Origin: a virus
Lineage: Duplodnaviria > Heunggongvirae > Uroviricota > Caudoviricetes
IMG/VR virus record: IMGVR_UViG_3300009551_000042
DNA: 64,000 bases
Strand: one strand, 5' to 3'
Shown here: one piece after another, positions 33,704-43,798 of the stretch
Position numbering within the stretch: position 1 is the first letter of the stretch
Layout of the letters: every line of letters starts with the position of its first letter
The notes under the pieces: model-generated
The model's input: only the letters and a program-made list of their open reading frames with translations
What the model was told of the DNA's origin: nothing
Databases searched by the model: none
Translations under genes and position numbers: made by a program

Positions 33704-35359
33704 TTGGCCATGCGTTGCGCTTTCTATGGCCGGAAATCAACCGAAGAACAGATCGCCTCTCTGGACGTCCAGATGGAAGAGGCGACGAGGTATGCCCAAT
33801 CTAAGGGTTGGACGCTTGCTCCCGGACACATCTACCAAGACAGCGCGATCAGCCGCGCAGAGTTCAAGAAGCGCCCAGGTCTTATCGCGCTGCTCAACGC
33901 TCTAAGCTCCGGTGAGTTCGACGCGGTGATCATGCGCGACGACTCGCGCTTGGGCGGCGACATGCACCGCACCGGCCTGGTCGTTCAGGACATCATCGAG
34001 AACGGTAAGCGGCTCTTCTGCTACTTCGAGGAGAACGAAATCACCCTAGAGTCCGCCACGGACAAGTTCATGATGGCCGTGCGAGGTTTCGCGGCTGAGC
34101 TAGAGCGAGAGAAGATTGCAGGTCGTACCCGTGAGCACCTTGAGACTAAGGCCCGCAAGGGCTACGTAACTGGAGGCAAGTGTTACGGATACGACAACGA
34201 GCGTTTAGCCGACCATGTTGAGCACCGCATCAACGAAACCCAAGCCGCTATCGTTCGCGAGGTGTTCCAGGCGAAGGCAGATGGCGACGGCTACAAGAAG
34301 ATCGCAAAGCGTCTAAACGCGCGCGGCGTCCCCTCGCCTAGCGCCGGGAAGCGCGGCACTGGGTCATGGGCCCCGACTATGATCCTCAGCATGCTTCGAA
34401 ACGAGCGCTATATCGGCGCCGTTCTCTGGGGCAAGGCTACGAAGACTTACCGCGGAGGAACGAAAGTCAGGCTTCAATCAGCGGAGGAGGATCGAATCCG
34501 TAGTGAGCGCCCAGAGCTGCGCATTGTCCCGCAAGAGCTGTGGGATCAGGTTCAAGCCGGAATGCGGCAAAACAAGTCGAGCGGACGCAGGCGCGGGCCA
34601 GAGCCTCGCTACCTGCTATCCGGGATTGCCCGATGCTCTGAGTGCGACGGCCCCATGCGGGCACATGCGGCAAAGTTCGGTTCTGAAAAAACCCACCTGT
34701 ACCTTTGCGCTCGTCACCATGATCGCGGTGACGCCGTCTGCAAGAGCGATCTGCGTCGGCCGGTGGCCCTCGTGGACGCAGCCGTGATCGATTGGGTCAT
34801 GGCAAATGTCTTGAATGAAGAGGTCATCACGGCCGTGTTGGCTGAGGTCAGGGGCCGCGTAGCAAAGCGAAGCGAGGCGCCCAACGCCGAGCGCGACGAG
34901 CTGGAAACAGAGTCGAAGCGCCTACGCGCGGAGATCGATCGGCTGGTCGGTGCTTTGGCTAGCGGCGTTGAATCCGCGACGATCGCCACCGTCATCGGTC
35001 AGCGCGAAAAGCGACTGATGGAGGTCAAGGCTCGCCTTGAGGTCATTGCTATCGCGCCTTCGGTCCTGGACCTGGAGGTGCGACGGCTGGAAAAGGAAGC
35101 CCGTGCGCGCCTGAAAGAGTTCAAGAAGATTCTGAGCGGCAACGTGGCCGTTCTTGAGTCACGAAAAGTGCTCGAAGCGCTGTTTGATGGCCCAATGCGC
35201 TTCACCGAGACATCGACCCCCGGTGGCCGCCGCTTTCGCGTTGAATTTGCGGTGGCCACCGGGAATCTGATGTCCCCTACTGCGGGCGTCCCCAAGGGGA
35301 TTCGAACAGTAGGGGACATGATGGAATTCCCTGAAAAACGAGGGGTGCTCACAGCCTAG
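33704..35359 (+). CDS. large serine recombinase / serine integrase
   Basis: N-terminal resolvase catalytic domain (AFYGRKSTEEQ), recombinase domain, zinc ribbon CSECDGPM...C..C, coiled-coil C-terminus. Confidence 0.8.
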   Translation: MAMRCAFYGRKSTEEQIASLDVQMEEATRYAQSKGWTLAPGHIYQDSAISRAEFKKRPGLIALLNALSSGEFDAVIMRDDSRLGGDMHRTGLVVQDIIENGKRLFCYFEENEITLESATDKFMMAVRGFAAELEREKIAGRTREHLETKARKGYVTGGKCYGYDNERLADHVEHRINETQAAIVREVFQAKADGDGYKKIAKRLNARGVPSPSAGKRGTGSWAPTMILSMLRNERYIGAVLWGKATKTYRGGTKVRLQSAEEDRIRSERPELRIVPQELWDQVQAGMRQNKSSGRRRGPEPRYLLSGIARCSECDGPMRAHAAKFGSEKTHLYLCARHHDRGDAVCKSDLRRPVALVDAAVIDWVMANVLNEEVITAVLAEVRGRVAKRSEAPNAERDELETESKRLRAEIDRLVGALASGVESATIATVIGQREKRLMEVKARLEVIAIAPSVLDLEVRRLEKEARARLKEFKKILSGNVAVLESRKVLEALFDGPMRFTETSTPGGRRFRVEFAVATGNLMSPTAGVPKGIRTVGDMMEFPEKRGVLTA

Positions 35360-35366
35360 CACAGAG

Positions 35367-35387
35367 GCTCCGAGCGCCCAGGCTGGG
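35367..35387. other. perfect 9-bp inverted repeat GAGCGCCCA-ggc-TGGGCGCTC directly after the integrase stop
   Basis: Seen in sequence; no T-tract follows, so it is either a GC-only terminator or part of a recombination site. Confidence 0.3.
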
Positions 35388-35631
35388 CGCTCCTCGTTGG
35401 CAGCTTGGCCAGGTTCCGCAACGATTCTGCAAATGACCGGTACATCGTGCACCTCCATTCCTCGCTCAACGCGGGTCGTTCGCGCCGGCATTGCCGCCGC
35501 ATTCGAGGATGGTTTCGGCGGTTGGGACATCTTCCATGGTCGCGATTTCCTTTTCAATACGACCGTAAACGCGCCGGCAGGCGACCTTTACGAGGTGCTC
35601 AGACTGATCCTCAAGCTCAAGGAAAGAACCG

Positions 35632-35940
35632 ATGACCTACCAGTTTCCGACGAATAAACGGTTTCGCAAGCTCGCCGCAAAGCTCGCCGATGCCGTGACC
35701 GTGGCGATCAATTCTGGTCGCAAGGTGGGCAACCGGAACGGTGGAACCTGCCCCTTTGGTTGCTTGTTTCCGCCGCGGGTTCCTCGCCCCGGTTGCTGGC
35801 AAGGCGCGCGAGTTTTGGGGTGCACCCAAGAAGAAGCTTCGGCCTTCATGACAGCTTTCGATGGTGAACCGCGCGATCGTTACACCATCTCTGAGCCATT
35901 CTATCGGCTCGGACTCGCTTACCGTAGCCGCTTCGCTTGA
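35632..35940 (+). CDS. hypothetical protein
   Basis: AAGGAAAG RBS. Confidence 0.45.
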   Translation: MTYQFPTNKRFRKLAAKLADAVTVAINSGRKVGNRNGGTCPFGCLFPPRVPRPGCWQGARVLGCTQEEASAFMTAFDGEPRDRYTISEPFYRLGLAYRSRFA

Positions 35941-35981
35941 CCTTCTAGTGACCAACGGATCGCCTCGCGCATCGTGCGCGG

Positions 35982-36782
35982 ATGCGCCTCGCTTGGCTCA
36001 CTGATATTCACCTAGACCACCTCAAACCTCGACGCGAAGCGCGTCGGGCATTCGCGGAACTCGTCGCCAATTCCGCGGACGCTTGTGTGATTACCGGCGA
36101 CTGTTCCAGCGCTACAGAAGCCCATCTACTCGGCGATTTCGCGGACGATAACGGTAAACCCGTCTACTTCGTCCTAGGGAATCACGACTACTGGGGCAGC
36201 TCATTCGGCGGCGCCGAGGAGCACGTGCGTAAGCTTTGTGCTGCGCGTTCCAACCTGCATTGGCTGACTGAATCAGGTCCAATTGACATCGCTCCCGGCG
36301 TTCAGCTGTGCGGTGTTGACGGTTGGTACGACGCCGAATTCGGCAACTGGCGATCCAGCGACTTCATCATGGTTGATTGGAAAAAGATCACCGACTTGCG
36401 GAAGATTTTCCAAGTAATGGCAGGCGAACACCTCGTCAAAGCCTGCCGCGAGCGTGCGCAAATGTTCGCCATCAAGGCACGGGAACAGCTCTCGAAGGCG
36501 ACCGCAAAGCGCGTGTTCTTCGCAACGCATATGCCACCGTTCGAGCAGTCAGCCATGCATGAGGGGCGCCCCTCTACGCCTCAAGCTCTACCTTGGTACA
36601 CCTCACGCGCGATGGGTTACGCGCTCATGATTCACGCCGACAAACACCGCGACCAGGAATTCACGACGCTTTGCGGCCACGTTCATTCGGCATCTGAGTA
36701 CATCGAAGGGCCGAACCACACCGTCCTTTGTGGCGCGGCTGAGTACGGTAGGCCGGAGATTGTGAGGGTTTTCGACCTATGA
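35982..36782 (+). CDS. calcineurin-like metallophosphoesterase
   Basis: DIHLDH, ITGDCSSA, GNHDYW, GHVH blocks. Confidence 0.7.
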   Translation: MRLAWLTDIHLDHLKPRREARRAFAELVANSADACVITGDCSSATEAHLLGDFADDNGKPVYFVLGNHDYWGSSFGGAEEHVRKLCAARSNLHWLTESGPIDIAPGVQLCGVDGWYDAEFGNWRSSDFIMVDWKKITDLRKIFQVMAGEHLVKACRERAQMFAIKAREQLSKATAKRVFFATHMPPFEQSAMHEGRPSTPQALPWYTSRAMGYALMIHADKHRDQEFTTLCGHVHSASEYIEGPNHTVLCGAAEYGRPEIVRVFDL

Positions 36783-36982
36783 AGTACATCTCATTCGGCC
36801 TCACTTCCATCTGCGTGGGCTGCATCGCCGGCATCATCTCCGGAGACAGCTGGATCGGGACGTTCGGTTCGCTCGGCCCCTGGTTCCTGTTGATATCGCT
36901 CGATCAAATCGTCAACGGCTCCGAGCATGAGTCCAGACGGGCTCCGCTTGTGCCGGCCATCGTTGCGGACGATCTCCTATGA
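36779..36982 (+). CDS. small membrane protein
   Basis: ATGA coupling; hydrophobic N-terminal half. Confidence 0.5.
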   Translation: MKYISFGLTSICVGCIAGIISGDSWIGTFGSLGPWFLLISLDQIVNGSEHESRRAPLVPAIVADDLL

Positions 36983-37419
36983 GAACCGCCGTCCTCGTCT
37001 CTGGTTACCGGGAATGGACCAGCCGCGACGCGATCCTGCATCGCCTCAACCGGTACGAGGCCGGAACGATTCTTTTGCACGGCGACTGCGGCGAATCGGT
37101 TCGGAACAGTCCCGATCCGTGGGATTGGTATCACATCGGCGCCGACAAGATCGCGGGCGAGATAGGCAAGATTCTGCGCTTTCACGTGCACGCCTACCCT
37201 GCCCATTGGGACCTCGGAAAGCGCGGCGGACCGCACCGTAACGACACCATGTTGGACGTGCTCCTGGTGCTCCAGCGTCGTGGCTACGACTGCCATTTCG
37301 AAGCGTTTCTACACCCGAACAGCGTCGGCATCGTCCGCATGATCGAATCGCTCGACAAGCATAACTCTCGCCTAATCACCGCCAAACAGATCCCCAAATT
37401 CATCACAAAGGCCACATGA
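36979..37419 (+). CDS. hypothetical protein
   Basis: ATGA coupling; 146 aa. Confidence 0.55.
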   Translation: MRTAVLVSGYREWTSRDAILHRLNRYEAGTILLHGDCGESVRNSPDPWDWYHIGADKIAGEIGKILRFHVHAYPAHWDLGKRGGPHRNDTMLDVLLVLQRRGYDCHFEAFLHPNSVGIVRMIESLDKHNSRLITAKQIPKFITKAT

Positions 37420-37979
37420 AAACAGCAAAGTTCGACAGCCTGACACCGGAACAGAAGCGCATCACCATCGCCAACGACGTGCTCGAACAGCTTCGGCTAC
37501 GTCGATTCGTCGCGACAACTGGCACTTGGGTTCGCCAATTGGGGCGAGCAGCTAAGAAAAAAGTCGGTGAGGACGTCGAGGTTTGCGACGTCACACGCAA
37601 GCTCAAGAAGTGCAATGTTTGCGCCTTGGGCGGCATGTTCATTGCTGCCGTAGAGCGCGCCGACAAGCTCAAGGGACGCGACCTGCAGGGCGGAACAGAC
37701 TGGGATGGGACCCGCGTTCAGCTCGCGCAAAAGGACGTGTTTCGGTACATGGAGCAGTTCTTTTCCAAGAAGCAGCTCCAGCTGATTGAGGCAGCGTTCG
37801 AGCGCGGCGCGGGGGCGTGCAACAACACAGTAGCCGAGGAGTTCTGTCCGGTGGGTCTCGGACCAGAGGAGCGGATGCGCCTCATCATGGAGAACATCGT
37901 CGCCAACAATGGCCGCTTTCTTCCCGGCAAACGCCCTGTGCTGATCTGGGCTACGCCGGGCTATGAGGGGGCAGCGTGA
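37416..37979 (+). CDS. hypothetical protein
   Basis: ATGA coupling; 187 aa. Confidence 0.55.
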   Translation: MKTAKFDSLTPEQKRITIANDVLEQLRLRRFVATTGTWVRQLGRAAKKKVGEDVEVCDVTRKLKKCNVCALGGMFIAAVERADKLKGRDLQGGTDWDGTRVQLAQKDVFRYMEQFFSKKQLQLIEAAFERGAGACNNTVAEEFCPVGLGPEERMRLIMENIVANNGRFLPGKRPVLIWATPGYEGAA

Positions 37980-38317
37980 CGCCGCAGGAGATCTTCGACA
38001 AGGTCGCTACGCACCTGCTCGCGCAGGGAAAGAAGGCGAGAAATGGAGCGGGTGGACCGTGTCTGTATCGTGCTGAGGACGGCGCACGATGCGCAGCCGG
38101 GTGCCTCATTCCCGATGAACTCTACAACGCGAGCATGGAATGTAAGCGGATTCGCGTGCTCTCGCAGACCTACAAGCTTCCAGAATTCATCACAGACAAC
38201 ATCCGCCTCATCGTTCAGCTCCAGGACGTTCACGACCAAGCAGACCCCACCGGGTGGCGCAGTGAACTGCACAGAGTGGCAGCGGATAACAACCTGAGCG
38301 CAGCAGTTCTGAGCTAG
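37976..38317 (+). CDS. hypothetical protein
   Basis: GTGA coupling; 113 aa. Confidence 0.55.
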   Translation: MTPQEIFDKVATHLLAQGKKARNGAGGPCLYRAEDGARCAAGCLIPDELYNASMECKRIRVLSQTYKLPEFITDNIRLIVQLQDVHDQADPTGWRSELHRVAADNNLSAAVLS

Positions 38318-38387
38318 CAGCGAGCGATCACAGGGGCGGATAAAAGCGGGATCACGCGCTCATTACTGGCGAGCGCGGGCGGGAGAC

Positions 38388-39923
38388 GTGTGCCCAATGA
38401 TCGAAACAAGCAGCTACATGGACGTGCTGAACGACGAGCAGCGCTGGCACGTCGAGCACTCTGACGCCCTCACCTTTCTCCAAAAACTTCCGGACGCCTG
38501 CTGTGACTCCATCGTCACCGATCCCCCGTCTGGAACCGGGTTCATGGGGCGCGATTGGGACAAGAACAAGGGCGAGCGCGACAAGTGGATCGGATGGCTC
38601 GCGGAGATCATGCGCGAAGCATTCCGGGTTCTGAAGCCCGGTGGACACGGCTTGATCTGGGCGTTTCCCCGCACGTCACACTGGACCGGTATCGCGCTCG
38701 AAGATGCGGGTTTTGAGCTTCGGGATAAGATCCAACACGTCTTTGGATCAGGCTTTCCCAAGTCGCTGAACGTCGACAAAGCGATCGATAAGAAGAAGGG
38801 CGCAAAACGAAAGAAGGTCGGTGAGTACACGATCGCTGGTACTTCCGCGATGTCACTTGCGGAGAAAGGCGGAACGTATTCCGCCGGTATTGCCAGCAGC
38901 GGTCACAAGAAAGTGATCGAAATCACCACGCCGGAAAGCGACGAGGCGAAGCAGTGGGAGGGCTACGGAACCGGGCTTAAGCCAGCGCATGAGGATTGGT
39001 GGCTGGTTCGTAAGCCGTGCGAAGGGTCGATCGTAGATAGTGTCTTGCGCAACGGAACTGGTGCGCTAAACATCAATGACTGTCGCATCGGAAACGGTGC
39101 TGACAAGGGCATCTGGCCGGTTACCGCTCGCACAAGCGAGCGCGGAACTATGACCGGTGAGCTTGGATGCGTTGAAACCAAGCGTGAAGTTGGCCGCTGG
39201 CCTGCCAACTTTCTGCTTTCGCATTCCGCCGGATGCGTGTGCGAGGGCACGCGCGAAATCAAAGCTAACCCGACTTGGGACACACCGAATCGGGACACCG
39301 AACCGAGTTCGTTCACGGGCAAAGCCGTCTCCGATGTGGCTCACGGCTCCAAAGGAAAAGAGCGCGTGCCGGTGTGGCGCTGTGCTCCTGACTGTCCGGT
39401 GTTCTTGCTCGATATCGGGCAAAAGCTCGACGCATCGCGCTACTTCGCTGACCTCACGTGGGGTCCCGATGACGTCCCTGTGCCGTTCATCTACCAGGCC
39501 AAACCGTCACGCAAAGAACGCGACGCGGGCCTCCAGAACTTCAAGCGACTGACCGGCGGCAAAGCCACGGGACGTAAAGACGGCTCCGCCGGAACGAACT
39601 CACCGCGCGCTGGAGCGGGCCGCAAGGGCGGATCAGCGAACTCACACCCTACGGTCAAGTCAGTGGCGCTCATGCGCTACCTGTGCCGACTTGTAACGCC
39701 TCCTAACGGCGTTGTCCTCGACGTATTCACTGGCTCAGGAACGACCGGGATTGCGTGCCTACGCGAGGGATTCCGCTTCCTGGGGTGCGAGCTGAACGAC
39801 ACCCAAAAGGAGCCATTCGTCAGCATTGCACGTGCCCGTATCGGGCACGTCGAGGGGCGGACGTTCATCCCGCGCGAGTCACTACGCGCGGTCGTAACCG
39901 ACAGCCAAGGGAGTCTCTTTTGA
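38388..39923 (+). CDS. DNA amino-methyltransferase (N6-A/N4-C class, motif IV before motif I)
   Basis: SIVTDPPSG (DPPx) near N-terminus, VLDVFTGSGTTGIA (FxGxG) near C-terminus. Confidence 0.7.
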   Translation: MCPMIETSSYMDVLNDEQRWHVEHSDALTFLQKLPDACCDSIVTDPPSGTGFMGRDWDKNKGERDKWIGWLAEIMREAFRVLKPGGHGLIWAFPRTSHWTGIALEDAGFELRDKIQHVFGSGFPKSLNVDKAIDKKKGAKRKKVGEYTIAGTSAMSLAEKGGTYSAGIASSGHKKVIEITTPESDEAKQWEGYGTGLKPAHEDWWLVRKPCEGSIVDSVLRNGTGALNINDCRIGNGADKGIWPVTARTSERGTMTGELGCVETKREVGRWPANFLLSHSAGCVCEGTREIKANPTWDTPNRDTEPSSFTGKAVSDVAHGSKGKERVPVWRCAPDCPVFLLDIGQKLDASRYFADLTWGPDDVPVPFIYQAKPSRKERDAGLQNFKRLTGGKATGRKDGSAGTNSPRAGAGRKGGSANSHPTVKSVALMRYLCRLVTPPNGVVLDVFTGSGTTGIACLREGFRFLGCELNDTQKEPFVSIARARIGHVEGRTFIPRESLRAVVTDSQGSLF

Positions 39924-40144
39924 GAGCTGAGCAGATCTATCAAGTCTTCGATCAGGCCGGCCTAGCGCCGCCTGTGCACTGGGCAGCAGCACCGCAAGTC
40001 TGGCGAAGCGCATGCGCGGCGCTCGCTAGCGACTTCGACGACGAAGCGGAATCGCTCCTGCTCGCCCAAGAAATTCACGCGCCGATCGACCAGTTACCCA
40101 CCGAATCACTGCTCGACGCAGTGCGAAAGGTCATGCGTAAATGA
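39920..40144 (+). CDS. small hypothetical protein (TTG start coupled to the MTase stop)
   Basis: TTGA overlap upstream, ATGA overlap with dnaN downstream. Confidence 0.35.
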   Translation: MRAEQIYQVFDQAGLAPPVHWAAAPQVWRSACAALASDFDDEAESLLLAQEIHAPIDQLPTESLLDAVRKVMRK

Positions 40145-41250
40145 AGTTCACAGCCGAAAAAGAAGACCTTCTGGCAGCGCTTTCGCGTTGTGTTGGGGTC
40201 GCCGAACAGAAGTCAACGAACCCGATTCTAGGGACGGTTCGCATTGCGGCCGGTCCCGATCTCTCGATGCGCGCAACTGACTTGATGCGCGGAATTGCGT
40301 GTCGCGTGGACGGCGCAACGCAAAAAGAGGGCTCGATTTGCTTGGGCGCTCACGACCTTTTGGAGCGCGTAAAGCTCATGCCGGACGGCGCAATCGTCGT
40401 CGATGTGGACGGCAGCAAGGCGACTATCAAGGCCAAGTCCGCGTCACGCCGATTCACGATGCACGGCATCCCGGGCGATGAATTCCCCGTCGCTCTGCCG
40501 AAACACGAGCGTTTGAACCCGCTGGACACCAGTACTCACAAGCTTGCTCAGGTGCTGAGCGCTGTCCATCACGCGGTGTCAACAGACCCTACCCGCTTGC
40601 AGCTCAACGCGGTCAACCTGGAACATTGGGACGGCCATTTGCGAGCCGTTGCCACGGATGGTCATCGCGTTGCGGCCGTGAGTACCGGCGAGTTGGACCC
40701 CACCAGCAAGCCCGCTGCGTGGTTGATTCCGGCCTCCGGCATCGCCCACCTTCGCAAGCTTTGCGACACGAAGGCCGACGAGTCGGTCACGCTGTTCGAG
40801 TCTCGCGAGGCGCTTTTTGCGGAGTTCGATGCGTTCGATTTCTCGTGCAAGCTTACCGCGGGCAGCTTCGTTCCTTGGCAGCAAGTTGTCCCCGAACACA
40901 GCGAACGCTCTGTCACGGTTGACCGTAAGGCGCTGATTGAGGCGCTCCGCGCCGTCGGCACCGCGACCGGTCTCAGTGGCGCGGTGCGCTTCGTCTTCGG
41001 CGAAACGCTCCGTCTGGAATCGGAAAGCCCGTCGGGTGGCGACGCTTTCGACGAGGTCGCTTGCGAGTCGGTGAGCGGCAACGGGCAGTCAGCCACGATC
41101 GGCTTGAGTCATCACTACATGCTGAACGCGCTGAGTGTTCTCGGTGTCGACAAGGTCTCGATCGGAAGTAGCGGCGAGCTGGATCCGGTCCTTATCAAGG
41201 TACCCGGGCGCTCGGAGTTCTTGGCTTGCGTGATGCCAATCAGGATCTGA
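40141..41250 (+). CDS. dnaN: DNA polymerase III beta sliding clamp
   Basis: 369 aa, three-domain clamp-like; MKFTAEKEDLLAAL N-terminus. Confidence 0.75.
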   Translation: MKFTAEKEDLLAALSRCVGVAEQKSTNPILGTVRIAAGPDLSMRATDLMRGIACRVDGATQKEGSICLGAHDLLERVKLMPDGAIVVDVDGSKATIKAKSASRRFTMHGIPGDEFPVALPKHERLNPLDTSTHKLAQVLSAVHHAVSTDPTRLQLNAVNLEHWDGHLRAVATDGHRVAAVSTGELDPTSKPAAWLIPASGIAHLRKLCDTKADESVTLFESREALFAEFDAFDFSCKLTAGSFVPWQQVVPEHSERSVTVDRKALIEALRAVGTATGLSGAVRFVFGETLRLESESPSGGDAFDEVACESVSGNGQSATIGLSHHYMLNALSVLGVDKVSIGSSGELDPVLIKVPGRSEFLACVMPIRI

Positions 41251-41254
41251 AACC

Positions 41255-41872
41255 ATGACCAAACCGCTGTTCGCTGTCGAGTATCGACAGCAAGGAACGA
41301 CCGAGAAACGCAACGACGCCCGCGAAGAGCGGAAGAAAACCCAGGTCACGCCTTGGACGTGCCTCGTTGAATGCTTTCAGAAGCAGAAGCGAACGCCCGT
41401 ATCTTTTCTGTTTTTGGCTGCGCGCAGGCGAACCTGGCTGACCCCCGAAGAGATCGCCGAAGAACTAAACCGCCTGTCCTCAGCAGGCGAGAATCTAACT
41501 GCCGCCGACGTCCATTTGTTCACGGTCGCGGCCGAGCGCCGACTGAAGCGCCGCGGTACCTACGCACGGCGTTTCAACACCTTTCTCGAATTGGCTGACG
41601 TCGAGATCAAAAAGGAACGCGAGAAGCTCGCTGCGGCCGAGAGCGAAACCGATCGCGCCATTCGCGAGCAAGCCGAGGACGTTCAATACGCCTATCACAT
41701 GACCTTCCAGGAAATCGGGTGGCAGCGCGGGTCATCGTGGCAAAGAGCGCAACAAGAGGTCAACGAGGCAATGGCAGAGCTTCACGGCAAGCTCAAGCAG
41801 TCAGCCGGCAGGGCTCGCAAGTCGAACGAGAACATCCGCAAGTTCCTCGATTCGGCTGGGGTTCACCCGTGA
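41255..41872 (+). CDS. hypothetical protein
   Basis: ORF 205 aa. Confidence 0.55.
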   Translation: MTKPLFAVEYRQQGTTEKRNDAREERKKTQVTPWTCLVECFQKQKRTPVSFLFLAARRRTWLTPEEIAEELNRLSSAGENLTAADVHLFTVAAERRLKRRGTYARRFNTFLELADVEIKKEREKLAAAESETDRAIREQAEDVQYAYHMTFQEIGWQRGSSWQRAQQEVNEAMAELHGKLKQSAGRARKSNENIRKFLDSAGVHP

Positions 41873-42387
41873 ACTGTGAGTCCATTTTCGTCGATTATCG
41901 CCCTTTGGTGAAGGTGCTGGTGGGCCAGTTCAAGCGGACGCTTGCGGCCGTCGACTGGGATGACCTCTTCAGTGAGGCCAATGGTGCGCTTTGGAAGGCC
42001 TACCTGACCTATCGCCCACAGGCTGGCATGACATTCGGTCAATATGCACGAATGCTAATTCGTCAGCGCCTGTGCGTCATCTATGCGCACGAGCGACGGC
42101 GCGCTCGGCTCGGGGATCCGATTGTGGAGAACTCCGATGGGGACCGCATTGTCGACGAAATCCCAACCTACGACGCCGACCACGTCGAAGCAGACGAGCT
42201 TGCGCGCGTGATGCACGAAGCGATGTCATGCCTCCCAATCAAAGAGCGCCTCGTATTGCGGATGCGCTTCTATGGGGAGGGAATGACGCTCGAACTCGTG
42301 GGCGAGGAGCTGGGATTCACACGTGAGCGCGTACGGCAAATCGAAGAATCAGCGCTAGCGAAGCTGCGCAGAAAGGTGGACTGGTGA
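41869..42387 (+). CDS. sigma-70 family RNA polymerase sigma factor (regions 2 and 4)
   Basis: DDLFSEANGALWKAYLTY (region 2) and LELVGEELGFTRERVRQIEESALAKLR (region 4); GTGA coupling start. Confidence 0.7.
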   Translation: MNCESIFVDYRPLVKVLVGQFKRTLAAVDWDDLFSEANGALWKAYLTYRPQAGMTFGQYARMLIRQRLCVIYAHERRRARLGDPIVENSDGDRIVDEIPTYDADHVEADELARVMHEAMSCLPIKERLVLRMRFYGEGMTLELVGEELGFTRERVRQIEESALAKLRRKVDW

Positions 42388-42515
42388 TGCGGTACTTCCT
42401 TGTTAACGACGAAAGCGGCGAAGAGGTGGAATTGGTGCTTTCTCAGAGGGACGCTGAGGAATCACGGGCCTTTTGGAAGTCGCTCGGGTGGACGTTGTTC
42501 CAATGCACACCGTAA
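42387..42515 (+). CDS. 42-aa hypothetical protein
   Basis: TGATG coupling to the sigma gene; below the ORF-track cut-off. Confidence 0.35.
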   Translation: MRYFLVNDESGEEVELVLSQRDAEESRAFWKSLGWTLFQCTP

Positions 42516-42694
42516 CCGAACACCGCGTCACCTATTGGGCTGTCCATGGTGACCGCTGGTGCAATGTTGACGGCCTGATTTCGGCCGAGTTGCTGCGCAA
42601 ATGGGAGCAAGCTGGCTGGCGAATCGTGACGCGAGTCACGCACACCGAACGGGAAGTATTCGGAGAATTGGAGCACAGGTTCGATGTTGAGTGA
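42503..42694 (+). CDS. small hypothetical protein
   Basis: Internal ATG (MHTVTEHRV...) after the upstream stop. Confidence 0.4.
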   Translation: MHTVTEHRVTYWAVHGDRWCNVDGLISAELLRKWEQAGWRIVTRVTHTEREVFGELEHRFDVE

Positions 42695-42917
42695 ATGGCT
42701 ACACAATGTCTTCTGGGCTGTGAAAATTGCCTCTGTGCTGGCGACGATTGTCGGCGCAGTTCTAGGTGCCGTGGCGCCGATCGTCTGGGTGTGTGAATTC
42801 ACAAGCTGGCGATCGGTGTGGTTTCCGATCCTCTCTATTGCCATAGCACTCGGCTTCGCTGGGGTTGCGCCAATGGCCATCTGCTGGGCAAGCACTACTA
42901 CGTTGCAGTGCAAATGA
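42684..42917 (+). CDS. membrane protein (2 TM)
   Basis: Hydrophobic; overlapping start. Confidence 0.5.
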   Translation: MLSEWLHNVFWAVKIASVLATIVGAVLGAVAPIVWVCEFTSWRSVWFPILSIAIALGFAGVAPMAICWASTTTLQCK

Positions 42918-43306
42918 AGCCAGAAATCCACGCCAAAAACTCTGCCAGGAAGTTCGGCGGCAAGCCTGAAGACTACCTGGAGATCCACGACTGGCTAGAC
43001 CAGACGAAGGCGCATCACGCGGACATGCGGCACCGCGCGATGCTTCACAACAGCTGGGGGATCTACCTGGCTGAGCAGTGGTTTGGCCACAGCATCACCA
43101 ATAGCGACGGTCGCAGCGTGAGCGTTCGCGACGTCGCGGAACACCACGTCCTCGAAGACATGGGCCGCATTCCTAGTGTCGGGGACTACCTGAAAGGTAT
43201 GCCCTTCTACAGCTGGCTTGGCGGTCCGAAGCGCAGACGCGGCACTGATGCAATGGGTGACGAGCATCCGCCAGACGAAGAAACAACGTTCCAGGGAGCT
43301 GACTAA
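42914..43306 (+). CDS. hypothetical protein
   Basis: ATGA coupling (MKPEIHAKNS...). Confidence 0.55.
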   Translation: MKPEIHAKNSARKFGGKPEDYLEIHDWLDQTKAHHADMRHRAMLHNSWGIYLAEQWFGHSITNSDGRSVSVRDVAEHHVLEDMGRIPSVGDYLKGMPFYSWLGGPKRRRGTDAMGDEHPPDEETTFQGAD

Positions 43307-43798
43307 ATGACCCTTTCAAAGTTCATGGCTGCGGCAGAGAAGCTCAAGCAAGCTCGGAAAGAGATCGCGGAGCTTGGTGCAAAAGAAGGCGGCGAAGCGA
43401 TTCGCGAGGCTTTCGCGCCAGCATTCGAGCCCCCGACGAACCTCACCAAGATCGTTTGGACTCAATATACGCCGTTTTTCAACGATGGCGAAGCCTGCGA
43501 GTTCAGCGCGCATGAGCCGGAGTTGTACCGCGGTGGAACCGGTGACGACACCGAGGAGTCGAGCGACATTTACGGACTGATCGACCGCGAGGGCAGGCGC
43601 CACAACCCCGACTATCAGGACTACCTGAAACGCAAACGCGCTGAACTCGAAGCGAAGTTTGGCGCGAACGCCGTCACCACCGTGATCGATCTTTGGTCGA
43701 AGCTCGACGACGACATTCTTCTCGCCGTTTTCGGCGACCACAAGGAAATCACCATCACGAAGGACGGCGTCACCGTCGAGGAGCACGAGCACGAATGA
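43307..43798 (+). CDS. hypothetical protein (paralog 1, WTQYTPFFNDGEAC)
   Basis: Tandem paralog of the next gene. Confidence 0.55.
   Translation: MTLSKFMAAAEKLKQARKEIAELGAKEGGEAIREAFAPAFEPPTNLTKIVWTQYTPFFNDGEACEFSAHEPELYRGGTGDDTEESSDIYGLIDREGRRHNPDYQDYLKRKRAELEAKFGANAVTTVIDLWSKLDDDILLAVFGDHKEITITKDGVTVEEHEHE

Noticed and set aside
39755-40144. 129-aa ORF overlapping the methyltransferase 3' end
   Set aside because: N-terminal 55 aa are out-of-frame overlap with the MTase; shortened to a TTG-initiated 74-aa gene at 39920.
42443-42988. 181-aa minus-strand ORF
   Set aside because: Antisense to three coupled plus-strand genes including a clear membrane protein.
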